Positions 31,574 through 42,455 of a stretch of DNA of 64,000 bases are shown piece after piece. How positions within the stretch are numbered: position 1 is the first letter of the stretch; the number at the start of each line of letters is the position of its first letter. The stretch is from Desulfobacterales bacterium (lineage in GTDB: Bacteria; Desulfobacterota; Desulfobacteria; Desulfobacterales; UBA2245): assembly GCA_040771865.1 (NCBI GenBank), contig JAXGZF010000007.1, positions 124,001 through 188,000 on the forward strand, written 5' to 3'. The position numbers and the translations under genes are program-made. The notes under the pieces are model-generated. The model was not told the origin of the DNA and did no database searches. It worked only from the letters and a program-made list of their open reading frames with translations.

Positions 31574-32143
31574 TCAGGCATGACCGGCCGTATCGGAAAG
31601 CAGTACCGGATCAATTCCCATTTTTTTAACCGACGCTTCCCATTTCTGGTCCGTTTTGGCATTAAAAAGGATATCTTCGTCGATCGGACAGGTGAGCCAG
31701 GCATTGCTGCGAATTTCTTCTTCCAGCTGGCCTGCTCCCCATCCGGCGCATCCCAGAGCGATCATGAAAGTTTGCGGGCCACTTCCCATAGCCAGGGATT
31801 CAATAATATCCCGGGTGTTGCTCAACGCCAGCGAAGGCGTGATCATCAGCGTTCCGCGCCATTCAAAGGGCGGGCCGTGCAGTATGAATATTTCATGGGA
31901 ATGAACCGGTCCTCCCATATAGACAGGGGACGAGCCCGCCTGGTCAACCGGCTCAAGGTTCAGCTCTGCAAAAATATCCCTTGCCAGAATTCGGGGCACA
32001 ATACGATTGATCACAATTCCCAGGGCGCCTTCGGATGTATGCTCGCACATACAGGTAACCGATCGATAAAAATTCGGGTCTGAAAGCCCTGGCATGGCAA
32101 TCAGAAACTGCCCTTTAAGACGGGAATTTCCGGAAAATTCCAT
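31574..32143 (-). CDS. YqgE/AlgH family protein
   Basis: LKGQFLIAMP, DPNFYRSV, GALGIVINR, MGGPV, LGCAGWGAGQLEEE, AGHA. Confidence 0.94.
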   Translation of the reverse strand: MEFSGNSRLKGQFLIAMPGLSDPNFYRSVTCMCEHTSEGALGIVINRIVPRILARDIFAELNLEPVDQAGSSPVYMGGPVHSHEIFILHGPPFEWRGTLMITPSLALSNTRDIIESLAMGSGPQTFMIALGCAGWGAGQLEEEIRSNAWLTCPIDEDILFNAKTDQKWEASVKKMGIDPVLLSDTAGHA

Positions 32144-32326
32144 TTCAACCCCCAAGCAATCCGTTTACCGGAAACAAATTCTCTCATCCCCTTGCATCCG
32201 CCGTGTTCGACCCGTCGAAGAATCGCCAGGCCTGATACAGGGGACGGTGGTCAGCTTATCCCTGCATCATGACATTTCGAACACTCGACACCGGCCGCAA
32301 TACGTTCATCACGTCAAAGAGGTACT

Positions 32327-33485
32327 GTGAATCCGGATACTTGTCAAGCATCCAGTGCCGCAAATGGAATCATTACGGTAAAATCCGGTTACGGCGTTCG
32401 CCTTCGCAAAATCGAGCTGATCGAAGCGGGGCATCCATTGCCGGATAACGCGGGACAAAAAGGAGCGGAATCGATTCTGCGCATCGCGCAAAAAGCTTCG
32501 GAAAGGGATCTGATCTTCTGACTGATTTCAGGCGGAAGCTCGACCCTGATGCCGCTGCCCGCTCCGGGCATCCGTCTTTCCGACAAGCGGAAAACCTCCG
32601 AAATTCTGATAGCCTGCGGCACAACGATTCGCGAAATCAATGCGATTCGAAAACACATCTCGGCAATCAAGGGTGGACAACTGGCCCGGATTGCGGCGCC
32701 AGCGACTCTGATCAGCCTGATTTTATCCGATGTGGTGGGCGATAATATGGATGTTATTGCCTCAGGCCCCCCGACGCCCGATCCGTCCACCTTTACCGAC
32801 TGTCTGCACATAATTGAAAAATACGCCATAGCCTCCCTGCTGCATGAAGCAGTATTACATCACATCAGAAACGGCGCAGCGGGCGCCAAACCGGAAACCC
32901 CAAAGCACGGAGAATCTTTTTTCAAGAACATCTTCAACCAGATCAACGGCAGCAATACCCGGGCTCTGCGTGCGCCGAAGCCAGAGCCAGAGTTCTCGGC
33001 TATAATTCGCTGACGCTCTCTTCCATGTTCGAAGGAGACGCCCGCGAGGTTGCCCGGTTTCACGCAGCCATTGCCCGAGAAACGCTTCACACCGGCCAGC
33101 CCGTATCTCCACATCAGCCTGCATTCTTTCCGGCGGCAAAACCACCGTGAAAGTTTGCGGCCATGGGCTTGGCGGACGGAATCAGGAATTTGCTCTCACA
33201 TTTTCCATGGAAATTCAGGGGAAGGATCGGATCGTGTGTCTCAGTTCAGGCGCGAACGGCGACGACGGACCAACCGATGCCGCGGGCGCTTTTGTCGACA
33301 GTCGAACCATGAAACTCGCACGCGCTGCCGGCTTGGATGCGAAGCATTTTCTTGCACAAAATGATTCGTACCGTTTTTTTAAAAGGATCGGCGACCTGTT
33401 CATCACCGGCCCCCCGCAGACCAATTTAATGGGTCTTCGAATACTGCTGATCATCCGGAGTTTAAGGCTTAACGGCAAGGTTTAG
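32327..33485 (+). pseudogene. Glycerate 2-kinase (DUF4147/MOFRL, TtuD-like) pseudogene
   Basis: Motifs EAGHPLPD, LISGG, INAIRKHISAIKGG, SDVVGD, IASGP, GGRNQE and DGPTDAAGA are split by an in-frame TGA at 32519-32521 and frameshifts near 32973 and 33112; N-terminus missing. Confidence 0.9.
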
Positions 33486-34315
33486 AACTGTCCATAGCTG
33501 TGAAGCCCGGGCAGCAGGTTGACGCCGAAATAGGTAAACAGAACAGCGGCAAAACCGAGAACCGACAACCAGGCGATCCGTTTTCCGGACCACCCCCGCA
33601 TCATCCGGGCGTGAAGCAAAACAGCATAGACAAACCAGGTGATCAGAGACCAGGTTTCCTTGGGATCCCAGGACCAGTAGCTTCCCCAGGCTGAATTGGC
33701 CCATACCGAGCCGGTGATGATCCCGATGGAAAGAAACAGAAATCCGAACATCACCAGTTGATAGGTCAGCTCGTCCAGCATCTCGTTATCGGGCAGATGG
33801 CCCAGAATGCCGTCTTTGTCGCCGCGGGTCCTGATCAGATACATGATGCTGACGCCGAAGGCGATGGCAAAGGCCGCGTAGCCCAGAAAACAGGTCATCA
33901 CATGAACGGTGAGCCAGTTGCTCTTCAAGGCCGGAATCAGGGGTTGAATCTTGTCGCTGATATTCGGGGACATCGACGCATAGGCCATGGCCAGAAAGGC
34001 CAGGGGAGCAGCAAAAGCGCCGATCGTCCGGTTCCGGTATCGATGCTCGAGGACCAGATAAATCAGCGCGATGGTCCATGCAAAAAACACCAGGGACTCG
34101 TAGAGGTTGGAAAGGGGAGCATGTCCGTAACCCATGCGATAGGACTCCACCCAGCGCAGACCAATGCCGGCCGTGTTGCCCACAACCCCGGCCAGCGTAA
34201 CCCAGGTTGCAATCTTTCCGAGAAAGGCCTTTCTGAAAACCCATGCGGCGATATACAGGACGGCCGCTGCGCCGTATATGAATGTGACGATGGACAAGAC
34301 GTTCGAACTGGTCAT
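33482..34315 (-). CDS. ccsA: Cytochrome c biogenesis system II protein CcsA/ResC
   Basis: PLSNLYES, PALKSNWLTVHV, WGSYWSWDPKETW, GLHSY. Confidence 0.96.
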   Translation of the reverse strand: MTSSNVLSIVTFIYGAAAVLYIAAWVFRKAFLGKIATWVTLAGVVGNTAGIGLRWVESYRMGYGHAPLSNLYESLVFFAWTIALIYLVLEHRYRNRTIGAFAAPLAFLAMAYASMSPNISDKIQPLIPALKSNWLTVHVMTCFLGYAAFAIAFGVSIMYLIRTRGDKDGILGHLPDNEMLDELTYQLVMFGFLFLSIGIITGSVWANSAWGSYWSWDPKETWSLITWFVYAVLLHARMMRGWSGKRIAWLSVLGFAAVLFTYFGVNLLPGLHSYGQF

Positions 34316-34373
34316 AAAAATATCCTCATCTGTAGAATTGACGCGCAAATAAATCAGCTGCGTCCTGAAACGC

Positions 34374-35759
34374 CTAGGCGCTTTTTCCCAACTCCCCGGC
34401 TATTTTTTTCAGCCGCTTCTGCATGCCGATCCGGTTCTTGGTGGCCGTGCCGGAAACCAGAACCCGGATTTTTCTGTCACTTCCGGCAATCTCGACAAAA
34501 AGGCGCTGGTGAGACATGAAAAACGTGATGAAACACCCGATAATCATCACGATAAAGCCCGCGTAAACCAAAGGAACGCCCGGATCTCCGGTGATCTGAA
34601 GGCCCGTGTAATACACCGGTTTGAATTCTTTCACGGAAACGGACCAGGCCCCTTTTCTCATTTTGTCGAACGAAGGGTACTGCACCGGCATCAGAATCGT
34701 TTCCGCCCTTCCCTGGGCATCGGTCAGAATCCCCATGAAGGTTTGTCCCAGATTCATGTTCCGGAAATGATAATGGTCCTGAAATCCTTTCAGCACAAAA
34801 CTGCCGCCGCCTTCCGGAAGCTCAAGGGGGCTTCCGATGGCAGCTTTCTTCTCATAATTTTCTCCGCTCTCTCTGCTGACAAGCTCCAGAACCACCTCCC
34901 TGGGAGGCATGGTCCCGTAGCTTGCCTGAAACACATTGATTCCCTTGTAGCGCATGGGATCATTGACGATGATGTCCCTGTTCAGAACCGGTTTGTCCTG
35001 CTCTATGACCGTCAGGCGGGAGCGATACTCCTTTGGCGCCCCTGTATCGTAAAAACTGACATTGAAGTCATCGCATCGAATCTGGAACGGAAGCTGATGC
35101 GTCTTTCCGGAGTTACGAAGCCGGACACTGTCGACGGTTTCTCCCACAGGAATGTTCGCCGAACCGTCGAAGCCGAAAATCGATCCGATCAACCCGCCGC
35201 AGAGAAGCAGCACCACGCTGAGATGCACCGTGTAAACCCCCAGACGGGTCCAGCGCCCCCTTTCGGCCGTGATGCGAAAGCCGTTCTCGATTTCCTCGAC
35301 CTTATGGAAAGCAAATCCTTTGCGGGTTGCCTTCTCGGCGCCGTCTTTCAGGGTCGGCAGTGCGGCGGCCGTTGAAAAGCGGATCGCGTCATGATTGTTT
35401 CGAAACTGTTCCGGATTAAACCGGGGGTTTCGCGTGAAAACGACTTTCCAAGTGGCGGAAAGCCGCTCGATGGAGCATACCACGATATTGACGGTCAACA
35501 TCACAAGCAGCAGCCGGAACCACCAGCTGTGATACATGTCGAACATGCCGGCCGCATTGAACAGCCGGTAAAAAGTCTCGCCGTATTCCTGAAAATACGC
35601 CGCCGGATCGGCATTCTGGGGGATCAGCGTTCCGACAATGGAAGTGGCCGCCAGAACCGATAGTAAAAATATGGTCAGCCGAACGGAAGCAAAAAACTTC
35701 CAGATCCGCTTGGCAAAAGAATCTTCGGAAACCGATTTGTTCATCATGGATCCTTTCAT
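34374..35759 (-). CDS. resB: Cytochrome c biogenesis protein ResB/CcsB
   Basis: SVRLTIFLL, GTLIPQ, YHSWWF, VHLSVV, VNDPMRYKG, YTGLQI, DPGVPLVY. Confidence 0.93.
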   Translation of the reverse strand: MKGSMMNKSVSEDSFAKRIWKFFASVRLTIFLLSVLAATSIVGTLIPQNADPAAYFQEYGETFYRLFNAAGMFDMYHSWWFRLLLVMLTVNIVVCSIERLSATWKVVFTRNPRFNPEQFRNNHDAIRFSTAAALPTLKDGAEKATRKGFAFHKVEEIENGFRITAERGRWTRLGVYTVHLSVVLLLCGGLIGSIFGFDGSANIPVGETVDSVRLRNSGKTHQLPFQIRCDDFNVSFYDTGAPKEYRSRLTVIEQDKPVLNRDIIVNDPMRYKGINVFQASYGTMPPREVVLELVSRESGENYEKKAAIGSPLELPEGGGSFVLKGFQDHYHFRNMNLGQTFMGILTDAQGRAETILMPVQYPSFDKMRKGAWSVSVKEFKPVYYTGLQITGDPGVPLVYAGFIVMIIGCFITFFMSHQRLFVEIAGSDRKIRVLVSGTATKNRIGMQKRLKKIAGELGKSA

Positions 35760-35928
35760 CAGGTCGTCAGATTGAGTCTAATCTTTTAGCAAACTTGCAC
35801 CCGGGTTGCAATAAGGATGCGAGTTCCGAAGCGCACGGATCTTCATCATTCACAAACTTTCAAATGTTCTGCGAATACGCTGAGGAGCGCATTTTAACAA
35901 CAGACGAGTCCTGCCCATAGGTTGCACC

Positions 35929-35957
35929 TTGACTTTCAGCGCCCCGCTTCATATAGG
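35929..35957 (+). promoter_or_regulatory. Sigma70-type promoter candidate for tex
   Basis: TTGACT-N17-TATAGG. Confidence 0.5.
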
Positions 35958-36043
35958 AGGGTTCCTGCCGGCAGTCGAAGCCGGACACCGCAGTGATGCA
36001 AAACCATTCGATCGGTATTGATGCTGATTCAAAAGGAGCATGC

Positions 36044-38299
36044 ATGAATCCTTTTTACATGGAAATAATCGCCGCCGAGCTGACCATCAGCCCCTCGCAG
36101 GCGCAGGCGGTTGCAACGCTTCTGGAAGCGCAGGCCACCATTCCCTTTATCGCCAGATACCGCAAAGAGGCCACCGGAAGCCTGGACGAGGTGGCGGTCG
36201 GCGCGATCCGGGACCGGCTCGAACAACTTCAGGAACTCGACGCCCGCAAGCAAGCGGTGCTGAAATCCCTGGAGCAGAACGGTCATCTGACCGACGTACT
36301 GAAGCAAAGTGTCGCAGCCGCCGGGACCCTGGCCGAGGTGGAGGATATCTACCTGCCCTATCGACCGAAACGCCGCACCCGGGCCGGCATTGCCAGAGAA
36401 AAAGGACTGGAGCCCCTGGCCCTTTCTATTTTTGCGCAAACCGGCATGGATCTTCAATCCGAAGCCCTCACTTACCTGGATTCCGAAAAAGGCGTGCTTT
36501 CCGTTGAAGATGCGCTTTCCGGCGCTCGGGATATCATGGCCGAAATGATCAACGAAAACGCCGAAGCAAGGTCCCGAATGCGGGAGCTTTTTTTCGCCCG
36601 AGCCGTTTTTTCCAGCCGGGTGGCTGCGGGCAAGGAAGCTGAAGGCGTCAAATTCAAGGACTACTTCGATTGGGCCGAGCCGGTCTGCGATGCGCCTTCC
36701 CACCGTATTCTGGCCATGCGCCGCGGCGAAAACGAAGATATTCTGAACCTGAGCATCGCTCCGCCCGAAGCCGATGCACTGGTTCTTCTGGAGTCGATCT
36801 TTGTCAGCGGCAACGGGCCGGATTCCGAACAGGTCCGATCCGCGGCCGCAGACGCTTACAAGCGCCTTCTGTCCCGATCCATGGAAACCGAAATCCGGCT
36901 GGGGCTCAAGGAACGGGCCGATGCCGAGGCCATTCGAATCTTTGCCGAAAACCTGCGGCAGCTGCTGCTGGCGCCGCCCCTCGGGGCCCGCCGCGTCATG
37001 GGAATCGATCCGGGATTTCGAACCGGATGCAAGGTGGTCTGCCTGAACCGTGAAGGCAAATTCCTGCATCACGAGACCGTCTATCCCCATCAGTCCGAAA
37101 AAGCCGCGCAGCAGGCCGCTGACACCATACGCAAACTCTGCCGTGACTTTGAGATCGAAGCTGTTGCGGTGGGAAACGGAACCGCCGGCCGGGAAACCGA
37201 AGCCTTCATTCGAGGCCTGAACCTGGAATCACTCATGGCGGTGGTGATGGTCAACGAAAGCGGCGCTTCAATATACTCTGCCTCCGAGGCGGCCCGGAAG
37301 GAATTCCCGGATCTGGATCTGACCATCCGGGGGGCGATCTCCATCGGGCGGCGCCTGATGGATCCGCTGGCGGAACTGGTCAAAATCGACCCCAAGTCCA
37401 TCGGCGTGGGCCAGTACCAGCATGATGTGGATCAAAGCGCCTTGCGCCGAAGCCTGGACGATACGGTGGTCAGCTGCGTCAACGCCGTGGGCGTGGATCT
37501 GAACCGCGCCAGTGTTCAGCTGCTCACCTACGTGTCCGGCCTGGGACCCCAGCTTGCCGGAAACATCGTGGCCTTTCGGGATGAAAACGGGGCGTTCGAC
37601 TGCCGGCAGTCCCTGAAAAAGGTGCCCCGGCTCGGACCCAAAGCCTTTGAGCAGTGCGCCGGTTTTTTAAGAATCCGCAACGGCCGGAACCCGCTGGACG
37701 CCAGCGCCGTCCATCCGGAAAGCTATCCGGTCGTGGAAAAGATGGCGGCGGATTTGAACTGCACGGTTTCGGATCTGATGAAAGACGCATCTCTGAGAAG
37801 CGCCATCGATATCACCCGATATGTATCTGATGCGGTGGGGCTTCCCACCCTTCAGGACATTATGTCGGAACTGGCAAAACCGGGTCGGGACCCGCGGAAA
37901 GATTTTGAGACCGTTCGTTTCGCCCATGGAATCGAAACCATTCAGGATCTGAAACCGGGCATGAAACTTTCCGGAATCGTGACCAATGTCACGGCCTTCG
38001 GCGCCTTTGTCGATATCGGCGTCCACCAGGACGGGCTGGTGCATGTCAGCCAACTGGCCGACCGGTTCGTCAAGGACCCGTCCCAGGTGGTCAAGGTGCA
38101 GCAGAAGGTCCGGGTAACGGTTCTGGAAGTGGATCTGGATCGAAAGCGGATCTCACTTTCCATGCGGTCGCTGCCGGAAAAGGCCAAGGCTTCTTCAAAA
38201 CCGTCATCTTCAAAAACGCAGCCGCAAAAGCGACTCAAGCAGGAAAAAACCGAACCCCGGCCCTTCAACAACCCATTCGCCGACCTGCTTCGAAAATAG
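36044..38299 (+). CDS. tex: Tex transcription accessory protein (S1 domain)
   Basis: TIPFIARYRKEATG, GIDPGFRTGCK, ESGASIYSAS, IGVGQYQHDV, C-terminal S1 domain. Confidence 0.97.
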   Translation: MNPFYMEIIAAELTISPSQAQAVATLLEAQATIPFIARYRKEATGSLDEVAVGAIRDRLEQLQELDARKQAVLKSLEQNGHLTDVLKQSVAAAGTLAEVEDIYLPYRPKRRTRAGIAREKGLEPLALSIFAQTGMDLQSEALTYLDSEKGVLSVEDALSGARDIMAEMINENAEARSRMRELFFARAVFSSRVAAGKEAEGVKFKDYFDWAEPVCDAPSHRILAMRRGENEDILNLSIAPPEADALVLLESIFVSGNGPDSEQVRSAAADAYKRLLSRSMETEIRLGLKERADAEAIRIFAENLRQLLLAPPLGARRVMGIDPGFRTGCKVVCLNREGKFLHHETVYPHQSEKAAQQAADTIRKLCRDFEIEAVAVGNGTAGRETEAFIRGLNLESLMAVVMVNESGASIYSASEAARKEFPDLDLTIRGAISIGRRLMDPLAELVKIDPKSIGVGQYQHDVDQSALRRSLDDTVVSCVNAVGVDLNRASVQLLTYVSGLGPQLAGNIVAFRDENGAFDCRQSLKKVPRLGPKAFEQCAGFLRIRNGRNPLDASAVHPESYPVVEKMAADLNCTVSDLMKDASLRSAIDITRYVSDAVGLPTLQDIMSELAKPGRDPRKDFETVRFAHGIETIQDLKPGMKLSGIVTNVTAFGAFVDIGVHQDGLVHVSQLADRFVKDPSQVVKVQQKVRVTVLEVDLDRKRISLSMRSLPEKAKASSKPSSSKTQPQKRLKQEKTEPRPFNNPFADLLRK

Positions 38300-38387
38300 G
38301 CATCCCCTCTTCCGCCGGACGCGGCTTTGAAAACGGCAACCATCCGGCGCTTGCGGCTGCTTTTGATTTTTGTTATACGGAAACATT

Positions 38388-38831
38388 ATGCGAGCCGTCG
38401 TTCAAAGGGTCACTCAGAGCAGCGTCAGCGTCAGCGGTCAGGTCGTCGGCCGGATCGGTCCGGGTCTTCTGGTGCTTCTGGGCGTTGCCCGGCGGGACAC
38501 GGAGAAGGATGCGGATTTTCTGGCGGAAAAAATCATCCACCTTCGCATTTTTGAAGACGAGGACGGCAAGATGAACCGGTCCCTGGCCGATATTCACGGG
38601 CAGATGCTGGTGGTATCCCAGTTTACCCTTCTGGGCGATTGCCGCAAAGGCCGTAGGCCGTCCTTTGCGCAAGCCGCTCCGCCCGATATGGCCGAATCGC
38701 TTTACCGGTATTTTGTGGACCGGATCCGTGAAAAGCGGATCTCTGTGCAGACCGGCCGGTTCCGGGCCATGATGGAGGTTTCGCTGGTCAACGACGGCCC
38801 GGTCACCTTTATCGTCGAAAGCACAGCATAG
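38388..38831 (+). CDS. dtd: D-aminoacyl-tRNA deacylase
   Basis: [33 protein letters not shown]. Confidence 0.98.
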   Translation: MRAVVQRVTQSSVSVSGQVVGRIGPGLLVLLGVARRDTEKDADFLAEKIIHLRIFEDEDGKMNRSLADIHGQMLVVSQFTLLGDCRKGRRPSFAQAAPPDMAESLYRYFVDRIREKRISVQTGRFRAMMEVSLVNDGPVTFIVESTA

Positions 38832-38905
38832 CCCATCCCGTAACAAATGGTTGAGAAATTCAGATGATCTGTCATTCGCCGATCCCTTTTAGAGGCATCC
38901 AGTCT

Positions 38906-40156
38906 ATGACGCATCGAATTCATGTCCTGACGGCACTGTTTTTTTTCAGCATGCTGCCGATGTCTCTTTTCCCCATGACAGCTTCAGGTGCGGACCTTGC
39001 CAGCCGGATCGGGGCAAGAGACGCGGTCTGCATTCAGGCCCCCGACGGCCGGATGATATTTTCCAAGAACGCCGATGTTCCGCTTGTACCCGCATCGATT
39101 CTGAAAATTCTGACCTCCCTGGCTGCCATCGACGCTCTGGGACCGGAGTTTCGTTTTAAAACGGACTTTTACCTGGATGCCGAAACCAATCTCTGGATCA
39201 AGGGATATGGGGATCCGCTGCTGGTATCCGAAACCGTGGAGAAAATCGCAAAATTCCTGTCCGGCCGCATTCCGTCTTATCGAAACCTCTATCTGGATGA
39301 TGCTTTTTTTGAATCGGCCCTGGTCATTCCAGGCGTCGGAAATTCCCTGGAGCCTTTTGACGCGCCCAACGGCGCACTTTGCGTCAATTTCAACACAATC
39401 AACTTCAAGCGCACATCGACGGGCGCTTATGTCAGCGCAGAGCCCCAGACCCCGATGCTGCCCTGGGTGCTTCCACGGGTCCGGAAATCGGGACTTCGGG
39501 AAGGGAGAATCCCGCTTCCGACACGGACCCATGACGCGACCCGGTACGCCGGCGAGCTGTTTGCCTTTTTTTTGGCCCGGAACGGCGTGACCGCCTCCGG
39601 CCGGATTGGACCCAAATCGCCTGTACCCGAAGATGCCCGGCTGGTTTATACCCATCAGTCGCCCCTGGCCCTGACCGGATTGACGGCCCAGCTCATGGAG
39701 TTTTCCAACAATTTCATCGCCAACCAGCTGATTCTTGCGGCCGGCGCCGAGGCCTTCGGGCCCCCGGCCAGTCTGGTAAAAGGAATCCGGCTTCTGAAAA
39801 GTTATGCTCAGGAAAGGCTGGGCATTCTGAATCTGCCGGTGAGCGAGGGGTCGGGAATATCGAGAAATAACCGGATTTCCGCCCGGCAAATGCTGAAAAT
39901 TCTTGCGGCATTTTCACCGCATTACCATCTGATGCGGCAGAAAAACGGCATGTATTTTAAAACCGGAACCCTGAAGGACGTTCAAACCCGGGCCGGCTAT
40001 ATTCCGGATGAAGGGGGAAGGCTTTACGCTTTTGTCGCGATGGTCAACACGCCGTCAAAATCCGTGGATCCGATCCTGGAAGGCGTGCGCACCCTGATTC
40101 AATCCCACCGGCGCACTTCAGGAAGCGTAGGTTGGATCCAAACCGCTGGTGATTAG
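38906..40156 (+). CDS. dacB: D-Ala-D-Ala carboxypeptidase/endopeptidase (PBP4, peptidase S13)
   Basis: PASILK (SxxK), GYGDP, FSNN (SxN), GSGISR, KTGTL. Confidence 0.92.
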   Translation: MTHRIHVLTALFFFSMLPMSLFPMTASGADLASRIGARDAVCIQAPDGRMIFSKNADVPLVPASILKILTSLAAIDALGPEFRFKTDFYLDAETNLWIKGYGDPLLVSETVEKIAKFLSGRIPSYRNLYLDDAFFESALVIPGVGNSLEPFDAPNGALCVNFNTINFKRTSTGAYVSAEPQTPMLPWVLPRVRKSGLREGRIPLPTRTHDATRYAGELFAFFLARNGVTASGRIGPKSPVPEDARLVYTHQSPLALTGLTAQLMEFSNNFIANQLILAAGAEAFGPPASLVKGIRLLKSYAQERLGILNLPVSEGSGISRNNRISARQMLKILAAFSPHYHLMRQKNGMYFKTGTLKDVQTRAGYIPDEGGRLYAFVAMVNTPSKSVDPILEGVRTLIQSHRRTSGSVGWIQTAGD

Positions 40157-40912
40157 CGCGTATGCGCTGTGGTTGTGAATGGATTCGAAGTTTTCGGCGC
40201 TCACCGAAAACCAGGTGATGTTCCTGTCCTCCGAAAGCTTTGCGGCAACGTCCCGGACGATATCCTCGACAAACTTGGGGTTTGCAAACGCTTTTTCCGT
40301 CACATATTTTTCATCCACCCGCTTGAGCACCGAGTAGACGTCGCAGGAAGCCGCCTTCTCCGCCATATCGATCATGTCCTCGATCCATAAGAACTTCTTG
40401 AAACGGGTGGCCACACGCACCATGCCCCGCTGGTTGTGGGCGCCCGTTGCGCTGATTTCCTTGGAACACGGACATACCGATGAAATCGGCACCGTGACCT
40501 CGGCGATCAGATCGGTCTTTCCGTTCGGATCACTTGAACCGATGATGCGGCAGGCATAGTCCATCAGGCCGGGGGAACGGCTTACCGGCGCCTGTTTCTC
40601 GATAAAATAGGGAAAGGCCACCTCGATATGAGCCGAGGCTGCGTTCAGGAGAGACTTCATCTGCCGCAGAACCGCCGAGATGCTCTTCAGGGAAACATCG
40701 GACCCCAGGGCGGCATGAAGCATTTCAACAAACCGGCTCATGTGGGTCCCCTTGAATTCGTGGGGCAGATCCACATACATGCTGACCGTGGCAACCGTGT
40801 GTTGGAACCCCTTTTTCCGGTCCAGCACGGTGATCGGATACCGCAGTCCCTTGATTCCCACCTTGTTGATGGGAATATTGCGGTCATCGTACTGACTCTG
40901 TACGTCTTTCAT
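40118..40912 (-). CDS. folE2: GTP cyclohydrolase IB
   Basis: MKDVQ, KGTHMSRF, CPCSKEIS, GAHNQRG, KRVDEK, NPKFVED, ESIHNHSA. Confidence 0.97.
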   Translation of the reverse strand: MKDVQSQYDDRNIPINKVGIKGLRYPITVLDRKKGFQHTVATVSMYVDLPHEFKGTHMSRFVEMLHAALGSDVSLKSISAVLRQMKSLLNAASAHIEVAFPYFIEKQAPVSRSPGLMDYACRIIGSSDPNGKTDLIAEVTVPISSVCPCSKEISATGAHNQRGMVRVATRFKKFLWIEDMIDMAEKAASCDVYSVLKRVDEKYVTEKAFANPKFVEDIVRDVAAKLSEDRNITWFSVSAENFESIHNHSAYALITSGLDPTYAS

Positions 40913-40944
40913 AAACAATCCAATGAATGCGTTCCGCGCCGGCA

Positions 40945-41676
40945 TCAATCCAGCAGACACCCTGTCATGGGTCGGCTCATCGAACGGAAGATATTCCCCT
41001 TGACCTTGCGGTTTTCCCGGTACAGGCGGTTCAGCATGTCCTTGATCCCGCTTCTCCTGGAATGATGCGCCGAAGGGCAGGGATTGACATACTCCGGAAA
41101 CTCTTTTTCACGGACAAAGCGCCGGATCACATCCTCATCGACAAAGGCCAGGGGTCGAATCACGGTAAAACGCCCGTCAAAAAAACGCTGACTGGGACGC
41201 ATGGTGCTGATCTCACCCGCATAGAACATGTTGATAAAAAGCGTTTCGATGATATCGTCCTTGTGATGGCCCAGCGCCAGCTTGCGGCATTCCAGCTGGG
41301 CCGAGACCTCGAAAAGACGCTTTCTTCTCAGGCGGGAACACAGAAAGCAGGGATTTTCACGGTTCTCGTCGCTGTGGGCCCGCAGGCCGCAATCGGTATG
41401 CTCCACGCGAAGCGAAAATCCCATGTCGCCGCAAAATTTCTGCAACTCATCGCTGAATCCGCCTTCAAAACCCGGATCGATATGGATGGGAAAAAGTTCG
41501 TATGCAACGGGCGCCCGGGATCGGCGTTCCTGCAAGGCCCAGAGCAGTGCGAGACTGTCCTTTCCGCCGGAAACGCCGACGGCGATACGGTCGCCGTCGG
41601 CAATCATCTCATACCGGTGAACGGCCTTGCCCAGCGCCCGGTTCAGCGCCCTGTATGTGCCGCTTGAAGGGTTCAA
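40945..41676 (-). CDS. ttcA: tRNA 2-thiocytidine(32) synthetase
   Basis: SGGKDS PP-loop, CFLCSRLRR, LGHHKDD, IRPL, NPCP. Confidence 0.92.
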   Translation of the reverse strand: MNPSSGTYRALNRALGKAVHRYEMIADGDRIAVGVSGGKDSLALLWALQERRSRAPVAYELFPIHIDPGFEGGFSDELQKFCGDMGFSLRVEHTDCGLRAHSDENRENPCFLCSRLRRKRLFEVSAQLECRKLALGHHKDDIIETLFINMFYAGEISTMRPSQRFFDGRFTVIRPLAFVDEDVIRRFVREKEFPEYVNPCPSAHHSRRSGIKDMLNRLYRENRKVKGNIFRSMSRPMTGCLLD

Positions 41677-41679
41677 AGA

Positions 41680-41892
41680 TCATTCAGAAGGCGGCGCCGG
41701 CTTTTCCTGCCGAATCACGACCTTTCCGGCCGCGATTTCCCGCAGGGACACCACGATATCCTCGTTCTTGGGAGATGCGACCAGATACTCGGCCCCTTCG
41801 CGTATCTGCCGGACCCGTTTGGCCGCCGTGTGAATCAGGATGAACCTGTTGGGAATCCGTTTCAAACAGTCTTCTACGGTTATTCGTGCCAC
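41680..41892 (-). CDS. rpoZ: RNA polymerase omega subunit
   Basis: (M)ARITVEDCL..NRF..AAKRVRQ..LREIAAG; GTG start with GGAGG RBS. Confidence 0.95.
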   Translation of the reverse strand: MARITVEDCLKRIPNRFILIHTAAKRVRQIREGAEYLVASPKNEDIVVSLREIAAGKVVIRQEKPAPPSE

Positions 41893-41952
41893 AACAAACC
41901 TCCGTTGCAATGCCTGCCACGGCGCATTCGGGCCATGGGGATTGATCGCTTC

Positions 41953-42420
41953 TTATAAAATATCCACGAGTTCATACTGGCGGATTCCTCCCGGCGCCTT
42001 GAGAATCAGGGTTTCCCCGGTCTTCTTGCCGACGATGGCTCTTCCCAGGGGAGATGTCACCGAAATGCGCCCTTTTTCGATATTCGACTCATCCGGACCG
42101 ACAAGCTGATATTGAACCGTTTCTCCGGTATCGATATTTTCAAGAAGCACTAAAGAACCGAAAACAGCCCGGTCCTTGGACAGATTGTCGGTATCGATGA
42201 TGTCCGCCGAAGCCAGCTTGAACTCGAGTTCGCACATGCGACCTTCGATGAAGCCCTGCCGGTTCTTTGCGGCTTCGAATTCAGCGTTTTCTGATAGATC
42301 GCCATGTGCCCTGGCTTCTTCAATGGCCCGAATAACCTGCGGGCGCTCATTGGCTTTGAGATATTCCAGTTCCCTTTTCAGCGCTTCATACCCCTGCCGG
42401 GTGATGGGTGTGCGTTCCAA
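41953..42420 (-). CDS. greA: Transcription elongation factor GreA
   Basis: ARAHGDLSENAEF, ISVTSPLGRA. Confidence 0.98.
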   Translation of the reverse strand: MERTPITRQGYEALKRELEYLKANERPQVIRAIEEARAHGDLSENAEFEAAKNRQGFIEGRMCELEFKLASADIIDTDNLSKDRAVFGSLVLLENIDTGETVQYQLVGPDESNIEKGRISVTSPLGRAIVGKKTGETLILKAPGGIRQYELVDIL

Positions 42421-42455
42421 AACGGTGCTCCTGGTTCAGGTTTTTGAATAAACGG

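Noticed and set aside
32519..32521. In-frame TGA at a probable Cys position in the glycerate kinase, as possible selenocysteine recoding
   Set aside because: The same gene has two frameshifts and no 5' end, so a nonsense mutation in a pseudogene is the simpler explanation
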